A stretch of DNA of 64,000 nucleotides from Pristiophorus japonicus. Its lineage: Eukaryota. The notes under the pieces were generated by a model. That model had not been told where the DNA came from, ran no database searches, and saw only the letters and a list, made by a program, of their open reading frames with translations. Shown in pieces: positions 50,180-62,324 of the stretch (position 1 is the first letter of the stretch; each line of letters starts with the position of its first letter). The position numbers and the translations under genes were made by a program. The DNA is taken from NCBI RefSeq assembly GCF_044704955.1, contig NC_091995.1, positions 99,882,001 to 99,946,000 of the forward strand, written 5' to 3'.

Positions 50180-51666
50180 TATCCTGGGATCCTATCGAGT
50201 GGAGGGTAGCCAATGTAACTCCATTTTTAAAAAAAAAAGGAGGGAGAGAAAACGGAATTATAGACCGGTCAGCCTGACCTCAGTAGTGGGTAAAATGATG
50301 GAATCAATTATTAAGGATGTCATAGCAGCGCATTTGGAAAGAGGTGACATGATGGGTCCAAGTCAGCATGGATTTGTGAAAGGGAAATCATGCTTGACAA
50401 ATCTTCTAGAATTTTTTGAGGATGTTTCCAATAGAGTGGACAAGGAGAACCAGTTGATGTGGTATATTTGGACTTTCAGAAGGCTTTCGACAAGGTCCCA
50501 CACAAGAGATTAATGTGCAAAGTTAAAGCACATGGGATTGGGGGTAGTGTGCTGACGTGGATTGAGAACTGGTTGTCAGACAGGAAGCAAAGAGTAGGAG
50601 TAAATGGGTACTTTTCAGAATGGCAGGCAGTGACTAGTGGGGTACCGAAAGGTTCTGTGCTGGGGCCCCAGCTGTTTACATTGTACATTAATGATTTAGA
50701 CGAGGGGATTAAATGTAGTATCTCCAAATTTGCGGATGACACTAAGTTGGGTGGCAGTGTGAGCTGCAAGGAGGATGCTATGAGGCTGCAGAGTTACTTG
50801 GATAGGTTAGGTGAGTTGGCAAATGCATGGCAGATGAAGTATAATGTGGATAAATGTGAGGTTATCCACTTTGGTGGTAAAAACAGAGAGACAGACTATT
50901 ATCTGAATGGTGACAGATTAGGAAAAGGGGAGGTGCAACGAGACCTGGGTGTCATGGTATATCAGTCATTGAAGGTTGGCATGCAGGTACAGCAGGTGGT
51001 TAAGAAAGCAAATGGCATGTTGGCCTTCATAGCGAGGGGATTTGAGTACAGGGGCAGGGAGGTGTTGCTACAGTTGTACAGGGCCTTGGTGAGGCCACAC
51101 CTGGAGTATTGTGTACAGTTTTGGTCTCCTAACTTGAGGAAGGACATTCTTGCTATTGAGGGAGTGCAGCGAAGGTTCACCAGACTGATTCCCGGGATGG
51201 CAGGACTGACCTATCAAGAAAGACTGGATCAACTGGGCTTGTATTCACTGGGGTTCAGAAGAATGAGAGGGGACCTCATAGAAACGTTTAAAATTCTGAC
51301 GGGTTTAGACAGGTTGGATGCAGGAAGAATGTTCCCAATGTTGGGGAATTCCAGAACCAGGGGTCACAGTCCAAGGATAAGGGGTAAGCCATTTAGGACC
51401 GAGATGAGGAGAAACTTCTTCACCCAGAGAGTGGTGAACCTGTGGAATTCTCTACCACAGAAAGTAGTTGAGGCCAATTCACTAAATATATTCAAAAAGG
51501 AGTTAGATGAAGTCCTTACTACTCGGGGGATCAAGGGGTATGGCGTGAAAGCAGGAAGGGGGTACTGAAGTTTCATGTTCAGCCATGAACTCATTGAATG
51601 GCGGTGCAGGCTCGAAGGGCCGAATGGCCTACTCCTGCACCTATTTTCTATGTTTCTATGTTTCTA
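50180..51666 (+). mobile_element. 5'-truncated CR1 LINE with a 369-aa open RT C-terminal region
   Basis: [22 protein letters not shown] and KFADD motifs; tail (TTTCTATG)n. Confidence 0.96.
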
Positions 51667-51942
51667 TCTCCGTGTCCTGCGCTGCAGGGACCAGTTCCAC
51701 ATCCCAGGCGGTATCCAGGCTGGGAATCAAGTGGCAAAGCTCCACCGTCAGTGCGGCTCATTCATCCACCGGACTGTCAGGGGCCAATCCCCTCCCATAT
51801 AAAGTCAAATTAATATTTCATTTTATTAATGTAATTTTGCGCACTCACTCTCTCAGACACTCTCTCACACACACCCTCAGACACAGACTCAAACACACTC
51901 ACTCACACATTCTCACAGACACACACACCCTCACACACTCCT

Positions 51943-54264
51943 AGTAAAAGATCCTCTCGGAATGAGTGATCACAGTATGGTTGAATTTGTAATACAGATT
52001 GAGGATGAGGAAGTAGTGTCTCAAACGAGCGTACTATGCTGAAACAAAGGGGACTACAGTGGGATGAGGGCAGAGTTAGCTAAAGTAGACTGGAAACACA
52101 GACTAAACGGTGGCACAATTGAGGAACAGTGGAGGACTTTTAAGGAGCTCTTTCATAATGCTCAACAAAAATATATTCCAGTGAAAAAGGAGGGCGGTAA
52201 GAGAAGGGATAACCAGCCGTGGATAACCAAGGAATTAAAGGAGAGTATCAAGTTTAAAAACCAATGCGTATAAGGTGGCCAAGGTTAGTGGGACAACCTT
52301 GGCCAAACTAGAAGATTGGGAAAATTTTAAACGACAGCAAAGAATGACTAAGAAAACAATAAAGAAAGGAAAGATAGATTACGAAAGTAAACTTGCGCAA
52401 AACATAAAAACAGATAGTAAAATCTTTTACCGATATATAAAACGGAAGAGAGTGACTAAAGTAAATGTTGGTCCCTTAGAAGATGAGAAGGGGGATTTAA
52501 TAATGGGAAATGTGGAAATGGCTGAGACCGTAAACAATTATTTTGCTTCGGTCTTCACAGTGGAAGACACAAAAACCATGCCAAAAATTGCTGGTCACAG
52601 GAATGTGGGAAGGGAGGACCTTGAGACAATCACTATCACTAGGGGGGTAGTGCTGGACAGGCTAATGGGACTGAAGGTAGACAAGTCCCCTGGTCCTGAT
52701 GAAATGCATCCCAGGGTATTAAAAGAGATGGCGGAAGTTATAGCAGATGCATTTGTTATAATCTACCAAAATTCTCTGGACTCTGGGGAGGTACCAGCGG
52801 ATTGGAAAGCAGCTAATGTAACGCCTCTGTTTAAAAAAAGGGGGCAGACAAAAGGCAGGTAACTATAGGCCGGTTAGTTTAACATCTGTAGTGGGGAAAA
52901 TGCTTGAAACTATCATTAAGGAGGAAATAGCGGGACATCTAGATAGCAATAGTGCAATCAAGCAGACGCAACATGGATTCATGAAGGGGAAATCATGTTT
53001 AACTAATTTACTGGAATTCTTTGAGGATATAATGAGCATGGTGGATAGAGGTGTACCGATGGATGTGGTGTGTTTAGATTTCCAAAAGGCATTCGATAAG
53101 GTGCCACACAAAAGGTTACTGCAGAAGATAGAGGTACGCGGAGTCAGAGGAAATGTATTAGCATGGATAGAGAATTGGCTGGCTAACAGAAAGCAGAGAG
53201 TCGGGATAAATGGGTCCTTTTCGAGTTGGAAATCGGTGGTTAGTGGTGTGCCACAGGGATCGGTGCTGGGACCACAACTGTTTACAATATACGTAGATGA
53301 CCTGGAAGAGGGGACAGAGTGTAGTGTAACAAAATTTGCAGATAACACTAAGATTAGTGGGAAAGCGGGTTGTGTAGAGGACACCGAGAGGCTGCAAAGA
53401 GATTTAGATAGGTTAAGCGAATGGGCGAAGGTTTGGCAGATGGAATACAATGCCGGAAAGTGTGAGGTCATCCACCTTGGGGAAAAAAAACAGTAAAAGG
53501 GAATATTATTTGAATGGGGAGAAATTACAACATGCTGAGACGCAGAGGGACCTGGGGGTCCTTGTGCATGAATCCCAAAAAGTTAGTTTGCAGGTGCAGC
53601 AGGTAATCAGGAAGGCGAATGGAATGTTGGCCTTCATTGCGAGAGGGATGGAGTACAAAAGCAGGGAGGTGTTGCTGCAACTGTACAGGGTATTGGTGAG
53701 GCCGCACCTGGTGTACTGTGTACAGTTTTGGTCACCTTACTTAAGGAAGGATATACTAGCTTTGGAGGGGGTACAGAGACGATTCACTCGGCTGATTCCG
53801 GAGATGAGGGGGTTACCTTATGATGATAGATTGAGTAGACTGGGTCTTTACTCGGAGTTCAGAAGGATGAGGGGTGATCTTATAGAAACATTTAAAATAA
53901 TGAAAGGGATAGACAAGATAGAGGCAGAGAGGTTGTTTCCACTGGTCGGGGAGACTAGAACTAGGGGGCACAGCCTCAAAATACGGGGGAGCCAATTTAA
54001 AACCGAGTTGAGAAGGAATTTCTTCTCCCAGAGGGTTGTGAATCTGTGGAATTCTCTGCCCAAGGAAGCAGTTGAGGCGAGCTCATTGAATGTATTCAAG
54101 TCACAGATAGATAGATTTTTAACCAATAAGGGAATTAAGGGTTATGGGGAGCGGGCGGGTAAGTGGAGCTGAGTCCACGGCCAGATCAGCCATGATCTTG
54201 TTGAATGGCGGAGCAGGCTCGAGGGGCGAGATGGCCTACTCCTGTTCCTAATTCTTATGTTCTT
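51943..54264 (+). mobile_element. 5'-truncated CR1 LINE (2.3 kb), frameshifted ORF2
   Basis: Tether and RT motifs through GIKGYGERAGKWS; tail TTCTTATGTTCTT. Confidence 0.96.
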
Positions 54265-54366
54265 GTGACACAGACTCACACACACTAACAGACAGATGCC
54301 TCGACCCCGCACCCTCCCCCAGGGCCTGTGTGGTGCAGTGATTGCCGAGGTCCCAGGAGCCCTCAC

Positions 54367-54478
54367 CTATATTGGGATCACACGCCAGCTCCTCATACGA
54401 GCCGTAGGATTTGGGGATTTGATGCTGCTTCGCAAAGTCGCGAGCTCGCGATGAGTCCCGAGAGGCCACAGCAACCGC
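54367..54478 (-). CDS. DHDH: DHDH exon 2 ([37 protein letters not shown])
   Basis: CTCAG acceptor and GTGAGG donor; 112 nt. Confidence 0.94.
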
Positions 54479-54954
54479 CTGAGAAAAGAGACAATAAATC
54501 AGCCCATGGATTACCCCCTGGTCAGGGGATGCCCTGCCCCTCCCCCAGGCACTGGCAGCCACTGGTGCCCACTTTTCCTATGTGAGTCTGGACAGCGAGT
54601 GTCAGCAGCACTTTGACTATGGGAAGCATCACATTGGAGTGTGACGGGCCCTCGCCATGTGTACCCTCAGCTGGAGGGCGGCCCATGAACCCGAGCAGGC
54701 CCTTGTGGTGCCCAGGACCCTTTGTGACTGGAGCCAGGTGTCTCTCGGTGGGGTCATCGGCCGCCCCCTGATCCTGCGAGACTCCCACCTGATTCAGGCT
54801 GGCCCCGGAAAATCGACCCCCTCCTTGGCTTTAACCCCTTCACCGCCATGTGTCTCCTGGCAGTTTCCAAACCTCCCCCGGAATAGGGAACTGGATCAGT
54901 GACAGCGTTCCACAAACCCGGGACAGGCTGCCAACAAGCTGCAACATTCATTCC

Positions 54955-55615
54955 CTCCCTCACTCTGTCCCTCTCTCCCCTTGTCTGTCACCCTCAGTCT
55001 CTCTCTCCCTCCCTCTCTCCATTCCCTCCCTCCCTCCCCTTGTCTGTCACCCTCAGTCTCTCTCTCTCCCTCCCTCTGTCCCCTTCCCTCCCTCCCCTTG
55101 TCTGTCACCCTCAGTTTCTCTCTCTCCCTCCCCTTGTCTGTCACCCTCAGTCCCTCTCTCTCTCTCCCTCCCTCTCTCCATTCCCTCCCTCCCTCCCCTT
55201 GTCTGTCACTCTCAGTCTCTCTCTCACTCTCTCCATTCCCTCCCTCCCTCCCTTTGTCTGTCACCCTCAGTCTCTCTCTCCCTCCCTCTCTCCATTCCCT
55301 CCCTCCCTCCCCTTGTCTGTCACCCTCAGTCTCTCTCTCCCTCCCTCTCTCCATTCCCTCCCTCCCTCCCCTTGTCTGTCACCCTCAGTCTCTCTCTCTC
55401 TCCCTCCCTCCCTCCCTCTGTCCATTCCCTCCCTCCCTCCCCTTGTCTGTCACCCTCAGTCTCTCTCTCTCTCTCTCTCTCCCTCCCCTTGTCTGTCACC
55501 CTCAGTCTCTCTCTCTCTCCCTCCCTCTGTCCATTCCCTCCCTCCCTCCCCTTGTCTGTCACCCTCAGTCTCTCTCTCTCTCTCTCTCCTCTTCTCGCTC
55601 TCCCTCCCTCTCTCT
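54955..55615. repeat. CT-rich compound repeat CCCCTTGTCTGTCACCCTCAGTC(TC)n in DHDH intron 1
   Basis: About 11 units. Confidence 0.93.
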
Positions 55616-55617
55616 AC

Positions 55618-55707
55618 CTGATGGTCTTCGGCCGGAAGGGTTTTCAGAGCCACCGCGAAATCGTTGCAGATTCTGCCGGCGCCGCAGATTCCCCAGCGAG
55701 TGGCCAT
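55618..55707 (-). CDS. DHDH: Trans-1,2-dihydrobenzene-1,2-diol dehydrogenase exon 1 (MATRWGICGAGRICNDF...EDHQ); total 334 aa
   Basis: Rossmann GxGxI start; donor CAG|GTAGA. Exon sum 90+112+164+253+125+151+110=1005 nt, open throughout. Confidence 0.94.
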
Positions 55708-55760
55708 TGACGCTGCCGGGGTTGGGGAGCGGCTGTGGGACTGAGCGGCCCGGCCGGGCC

Positions 55761-55766
55761 TTTATA
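55761..55766 (-). promoter_or_regulatory. TATA box of DHDH
   Basis: Minus-strand TATAAA 54 nt upstream of the ATG in a small CpG-rich patch. Confidence 0.65.
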
Positions 55767-55947
55767 CTGAGCCGGCTCATTGTCGAGTCAGCACAAGGCA
55801 CTCAACAGCCGCGTTTCGCATTTCAGATTAATGTCTGATGGGTTAAAGCGGCTTCAGAGTCCAACACATTCAATTCAAATCTGCATCAATGTTTTTGCAA
55901 ATCCTCAAACACCGACCGCTTGTCGCAACTGCTGAGAATTCCCGGGT

Positions 55948-58900
55948 TTAATATCCCACCAGTCTCCCCCCTCACTTCCTGTACCCTTTAATATCCCACC
56001 CAGTCTCCCCCCCCCCCCCACTCCCTGTACCCTTTAATATCCCACCACTCTCCCCCTCACTCCCTGTACCCTTTAATATCCCACCACTCTCCCCCTCACT
56101 CCCTGTACCCTTTAATATCCCACCACTCTCCCCCCCCCACTCCCTGTACCCTTTAATATCCCACCCAGTCTCCCCCCTCACTCCCTGTACCCTTTAATAT
56201 CCCACCATTCTCCCCCTCACTCCCTGTACCCTTTAATATCCCACCACTCTCCCCCCACTCCCTGTACCCTTTAATATCCCACCCAGTCTCCCCCTCACTC
56301 CCTGTACCCTTTAATATCCCACCACTCTCCCCCTCACTCCCTGTACCCTTTAATATCCCACCCAGTCTCCCCCCTCACTCCCTGTACCCTTTAATATCCC
56401 ACCACTCTCCCCCCCCCCCACTCCCTGTACCCTTTAATATCCCACCCAGTCTCCCTCTCACTCCCTGTACCCTTTAATATCCCACCCAGTCTCCCCCTCA
56501 CTCCCTGTACTCTTTAATATCCCACTCAGTCTCCCCCCCACTCCCTGTACCCTTTAATATCCCACCAGTCTCCCTCTCACTCCCTGTACCCTTTAATATC
56601 CCACCAGTCTCCCCCTCACTCCCTGTACTCTTTAATATCCCACTCAGTCTCCCCCCCACTCCCTGTACCCTTTAATATCCCACCAGTCTCCCTCTCACTC
56701 CCTGTACCCTTTAATATCCCACCAGTCTCCCCCTCACTCCCTGTACCCTTTAATATCCCACCCAGTCTCTCCCCCCCTTTAATATCCCACCCAGTCGAAT
56801 CCCACTCTCCCCCTCGCTCCCTGTACCCTTTAATATCCCACCCAGTCTCCCCCTCACTCCCTGTACCCTTTAATATCCCACCAGTCTCCCCCTCACTCCC
56901 TGTACTCTTTAATATCCCACTCAGTCTCCCCCTCACTTCCTGTACCCTTTAATATTACACCCAGTCTCCCCGTCACGCCCTGTACCCTTTAATATCCCAC
57001 CACTCTCCCCCTCACTCCCTGTACCCTTTAATATCCCACCCACTCTCCCCCTCACTCCCGGTACCCTTTAATATCCCACCAGTCTCCCTATCACTCCCTG
57101 TACCCTTTAATATCCCACCCAGTCTCTCCCCCCCTTTAATATCCCACCCAATCTAATCCCACTCTCCCCCTCACTCCCTGTACCCTTTAATATCCCACCA
57201 GTCTCCCTCTCACTCCCTGTACCCTTTAATATCCCATCCAGTCTCCCTCTCACTCCCTGTACCCTTTAATATCCCACCCAGTCTCTCCCTCACTCCCTGT
57301 ACCCTTTAATATCCCACCCAGTCTCCCTCTCACTCCCTGTACCCTTTAATATCCCACCCAGTCTCCCCCTCACTCCCTGTACTCTTTAATATCCCACTCA
57401 GTCTCCCCCCCACTCCCTGTACCCTTTAATATCCCACCAGTCTCCCTCTCACTCCCTGTACCCTTTAATATCCCACCAGTCTCCCCCTCACTCCCTGTAC
57501 CCTTTAATATCCCACTCAGTCTCTCCCCCCCTTTAATATCCCACCCAGTCGAATCCCACTCTCCCCCTCACTTCCTGTACCCTTTAATATTACACCCAGT
57601 CTCCCCGTCACGCCCTGTACCCTTTAATATCCCACCACTCTCCCCCTCACTCCCTGTACCCTTTAATATCCCACCCACTCTCCCCCTCACTCCCGGTACC
57701 CTTTAATATCCCACCAGTCTCCCTATCACTCCCTGTACCCTTTAATATCCCACCCAGTCTCTCCCCCCCTTTAATATCCCACCCAATCTAATCCCACTCT
57801 CCCCCTCACTCCCTGTACCCTTTAATATCCCACCAGTCTCCCTCTCACTCCCTGTACCCTTTAATATCCCACCAGTCTCCCCCTCACTCCCTGTACCCTT
57901 TAATATCCCACTCACTCTCCCCCTCACTTCCTGTACCCTTTAATATCCCACCCAGTCTCCCCCTCACTTCCTGTACCCTTTAATATTACACCCAGTCTCC
58001 CCGTCACGCCCTGTACCCTTTAATATCCCACCACTCTCCCCCTCACTCCCTGTACCCTTTAATATCCCACCCACTCTCCCCCTCACTCCCGGTACCCTTT
58101 AATATCCCACCAGTCTCCCTATCACTCCCTGTACCCTTTAATATCCCACCCAGTCTCTCCCCCCCTTTAATATCCCACCCAATCTAATCCCACTCTCCCC
58201 CTCACTCCCTGTACCCTTTAATATCCCACCAGTCTCCCTCTCACTCCCTGTACCCTTTAATATCCCATCCAGTCTCCCTCTCACTCCCTGTACCCTTTAA
58301 TATCCCACCCAGTCTCTCCCTCACTCCCTGTACCCTTTAATATCCCACCCAGTCTCCCTCTCACTCCCTGTACCCTTTAATATCCCACCCAGTCTCTCCC
58401 TCACTCCCTGTACTCTTTAATATCCCACCCAGTCTCCCCCTCACTCCCTGTACCCTTTAATATCCCACCAGTCTCCCCCCCACTCCCTGTACCCTTTAAT
58501 ATCCCACCCAGTCTTCCCCTCACTCCCTGTACCCTTTAATATCCCACCCAGTCTCCCCCCCACTCCCTGTACCCTTTAATATCCCACCCACTCTCCCCCT
58601 CACTCCCTGTACCCTTTAATATCCCACCAGTCTCTCCCCCCCCTCCACTCCCTGTACCCTTTAATATCCCACCCAGTCTCCCTCTCACTCCCTGTACCCT
58701 TTAATATCCCACCCAGTCTCCCCCTCACTCCCTGTACCCTTTAATATCCCACCCACTCTCCCCCTCACTCCCTGTACCCTTTAATATCCCACCCACTCTC
58801 CCCCTCACTTCCTGTACCCTTTAATATCCCACCCAGTCTCCCCCTCACTCCCTGTACCCTTTAATATCCCACCCAGTCTCCCCCTCACTCCCTGTACCCT

Positions 58901-60362
58901 TTAATATCCCACCCACTCTCCCCCTCACTCCCTGTACCCTTTAATATCCCACCACTCTCCCCCTCACTCCCTGTACCTTTTACTCTCCCCCTCACTCACT
59001 GTACCCTTTAATATCCCACCCAGTCTCCCCCTCACTCCCTGTACCCTTTAATATCCCACCCACTCTCCCCCTCACTCCCTGTACCCTTTAATATCCCACC
59101 CAGTCTCCCCCTCACTCCCTGTACCCTTTAATATCCCACCCACTCCCTGTACCCTTTAATATCCCACCCAGTCTCCCCCTCACTCCCTGTACCCTTTAAT
59201 ATCCCACCCACTCTCCCCCTCACTCCCTGTACCCTTTAATATCCCACCCACTCTCCCCCTCACTTCCTGTACCCTTTAATATCCCACCCAGTCTCCCCCT
59301 CACTCCCTGTACCCTTTAATATCCCACCCACTCTCCCCCTCACTCCCTGTACCCTTTAATATCCCACCACTCTCCCCCTCACTCCCTGTACCTTTTACTC
59401 TCCCCCTCACTCACTGTACCCTTTAATATCCCACCCAGTCTCCCCCTCACTCCCTGTACCGTTTAATATCCCACCAGTCTCCCCCTCACTCCCTGTACCC
59501 TTTAATTTCCCACACAGTCTCCCCCTCACTCCCTGTACCCTTTAATATCCCACCCAGTCTCTCCCCCCCCCCCACTCCCTGTACCCTTTAATATCCCACC
59601 AGTCTCCCTATCACTCCCTGTACCCTTTAATATTCCACCCAGTCTCTCCCCCCCCTTTAATATCCCATCCAGTCTAATCCCACTCTCCCCCTCACTCCCT
59701 GTACCCTTTAATATCCCACCCACTCTCCCCCTCACTCCCTGTACCCTTTAATATCCCACCAGTCTCCCTCTCACTCCCTGTACCCTTTAATATCCCACCA
59801 GTCTCCCCCTCACTCCCTGTACCCTTTAATATCCCACCCAATCTCCCCCTCACTCCCTGTACCCTTTAATATCCCACCCAGTCTCCCCCTCACTTCCTGT
59901 ACCCTTTAATATCCCACCCAGTCTCCCCCTCACTCCCTGTACCCTTTAATATCCCACCCAGTCTCCCCCTCACTCCCTGTACCCTTTAATATCCCACCAC
60001 TCTCCCCCTCACTCCCCCCTTTAATATCCCACCCAGTCTCTCCCCCCTTTAATATCCCACCCAGTCTCCCCCTCACTCCCTGTACTCTTTAATATCCCAC
60101 CCAGTCTCCCCCTCACTCCCCCCTTTAATATCCCACCCAATCTCTCCCCCCTTTAATATCCCACCCAGTCTAATCCCACTCTCCCCATCACTTCCCGTAC
60201 CCTTTAATATCCCACCCACTCTCCCCCTCACTCCCTGTACCCTTTAATATCCCACCCAGTCTCCCCCTCACTCCCTGTACCCTTTAATATCCCACCCCAG
60301 TCTAATCCCACTCTCCCTCACTCCCCCACCCCCCCCCCCCCCTTTAATATCCCACCCAGTCT
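55948..60362. repeat. 39-40-bp minisatellite TTTAATATCCCACCCAGTCTCCCCCTCACTCCCTGTACCC (4.4 kb)
   Basis: About 110 tandem units with higher-order blocks. Confidence 0.98.
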
Positions 60363-61759
60363 GATCCTATTCACTGTTTGCCTTAATTTCCTTCCCTGGG
60401 AACCTAATCTTGATTCCATTCCCCTTTTGGGTAAGACCACGGATCCCTCCTGTTTAACTTGTGCCCCCAGGAATTTGAACACTTCAGTGTGAGGAAGTTT
60501 CCTTGGATCAGCTTTGTTAATTTCCTTCAGAATCTGAAAAACCTCACTGAGCTTGCCTCAAAGACTCTCCTGCAAACAATTCATTAACTCAACACACGCT
60601 CCAGGAAGTGACTGGTCACAGCCAGAAGCTCCAGAACAGGAATGATTGGATGACCACTTGGCTGGAGTCTTGCCCCGAACCACATTCCAGAGAGGCAGCG
60701 GCCCACAGCCCAGGCACTGCGCCTGACCACATGGTTCAGCATTAGTTTATCGTTCTAATATTCAATCCCAATATTTGTACGGCTCATATATAATCGAGTT
60801 CATTCATTCACCTTTAACTACTTTCACAGAATCTGTTCCACAAACCTGTTAATCTGTGGGGAAAACATTCGTGATCTTGAGACTTTGTTTGAAGTCTGTA
60901 TCTGCTGATTTTAACCTGTTTAAACTTGCAGAAAATGTACTTGGAGGTCTTGGGGCACCAGCCTGGAAACTGTAGAAGGTAAATTTAACAGCAGGCATCA
61001 GGAACACCTTGGAGCTTATTTTGTGGGATTTTAGTCTAGGGTTGGCTCAATCCAACGCAGGAAGACCTGATCGGGGGCTATATAAATGCAAGTCTTTCTT
61101 TCAGTGGTTGTAAAGTTAATGTGCCCCATTTGTCTGAAGGGTACAGTTATAGAAAACATGAATTGAAATGTTCAGAATGATTCTCCAATCGAGGACTGCT
61201 TTGTTAGTCACCCAGTAGCAGTTGTGGGATGTAAGGCCTTATGCCTGTCATGTCCGATGTTATTTGTGTGTGGGTGGAGTGCTGTTACTTGTTACTAGTT
61301 TTTATAAACAAGATTCGAGACTAACGCTGAGGTCCTGTTCCTTGAGCACCTTTGGTATCTTTACCCATGTGGCCATTCTTCATGTTTGAGCCTAGATGGT
61401 TAGTATTTCTTTGACCAAGACAGTTACAGTTGAGCCTAATCAAATAATGCAGCAGTCCATTCGGCCCATCATGCCCGTGTCGGCTCTTTGAAATAGTGAT
61501 CCAATTAGTACCTCTCCCCTGCTCTTTCCCATAGCCCTGCAAGTTTATCCACTTCAAAGTATTCATCCAATTCCCTTGCCAGATGTTGACAGACGCTTTC
61601 CAGCAGGTATTACTAAAAGCAGAATTGTGGTGGTAAGGCTGGTGGCAGGGAATTCTACTGGTCCCTCGTCCCTCACCCAGCATCACAGTATCTCATTGCT
61701 GTTTGTGGGATCTTTTTCTGTGTAAAATGGGGGGAAAACCACTACACTTCAGGATTATT

Positions 61760-62085
61760 GTATATGAACAGTTGTTTTCAGACCACAGGAAGGTATACAG
61801 TGCTGATCCCCAGGGGTCGGTACTGGGACCACTGCTTTTCTTGATATATATTAATGACTTGAACATATGTATACAGGGCACAATTTCAAAATTAGCAGAT
61901 GACGTAAAACTTGAGATAGACTTCAGGAAGACATAGACGGGCTGGTGAAATGGACGGACAGGTGGCAAATGAAATTTAATGCAGAAAAGTGTGAAGTGAT
62001 GCATTTTGGTAGAATGAGAGGACATATAAACTAAATGATACAATCCTAAAGGGGATGCATGAACAGAGACCTGGAGGTATGTGTG
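61760..62085 (+). mobile_element. Old CR1 RT fragment, cut off by the LTR element
   Basis: [18 protein letters not shown]...SKLADD. Confidence 0.85.
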
Positions 62086-62288
62086 TGTCATGTATGTACA
62101 TGCTGTTTGCAGCCACCAGATGGTGTCATTGTTGGAGGCCACTGAGCAGCACGCACATGGTGCTGCTCTGATATAAAAGTCCAGCCATTTTGTGAGTCAG
62201 GCACTTTGGGCCTAAATAAAGCAGAAGCAAGGTTGTACCTTGCTTAGTTAAACAGTACTCAGTTTGAACCTTTATTGCATACATAACA
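62086..62288 (+). mobile_element. 5' LTR (203 bp) of a Gypsy retrotransposon
   Basis: TGTCATG...CATAACA termini, internal TATAAAA and AATAAA, followed by a PBS-like TTTGGCAATGAG and the gag ATG at 62325. Confidence 0.75.
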
Positions 62289-62324
62289 TTTGGCAATGAG
62301 AATACAAGGACCTTAGTTTGCAAA

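Noticed and set aside
50459-51568. 369-aa RT ORF as a domesticated or active gene
   Set aside because: 5'-truncated CR1 with an upstream frameshift, lacking endonuclease and ORF1.
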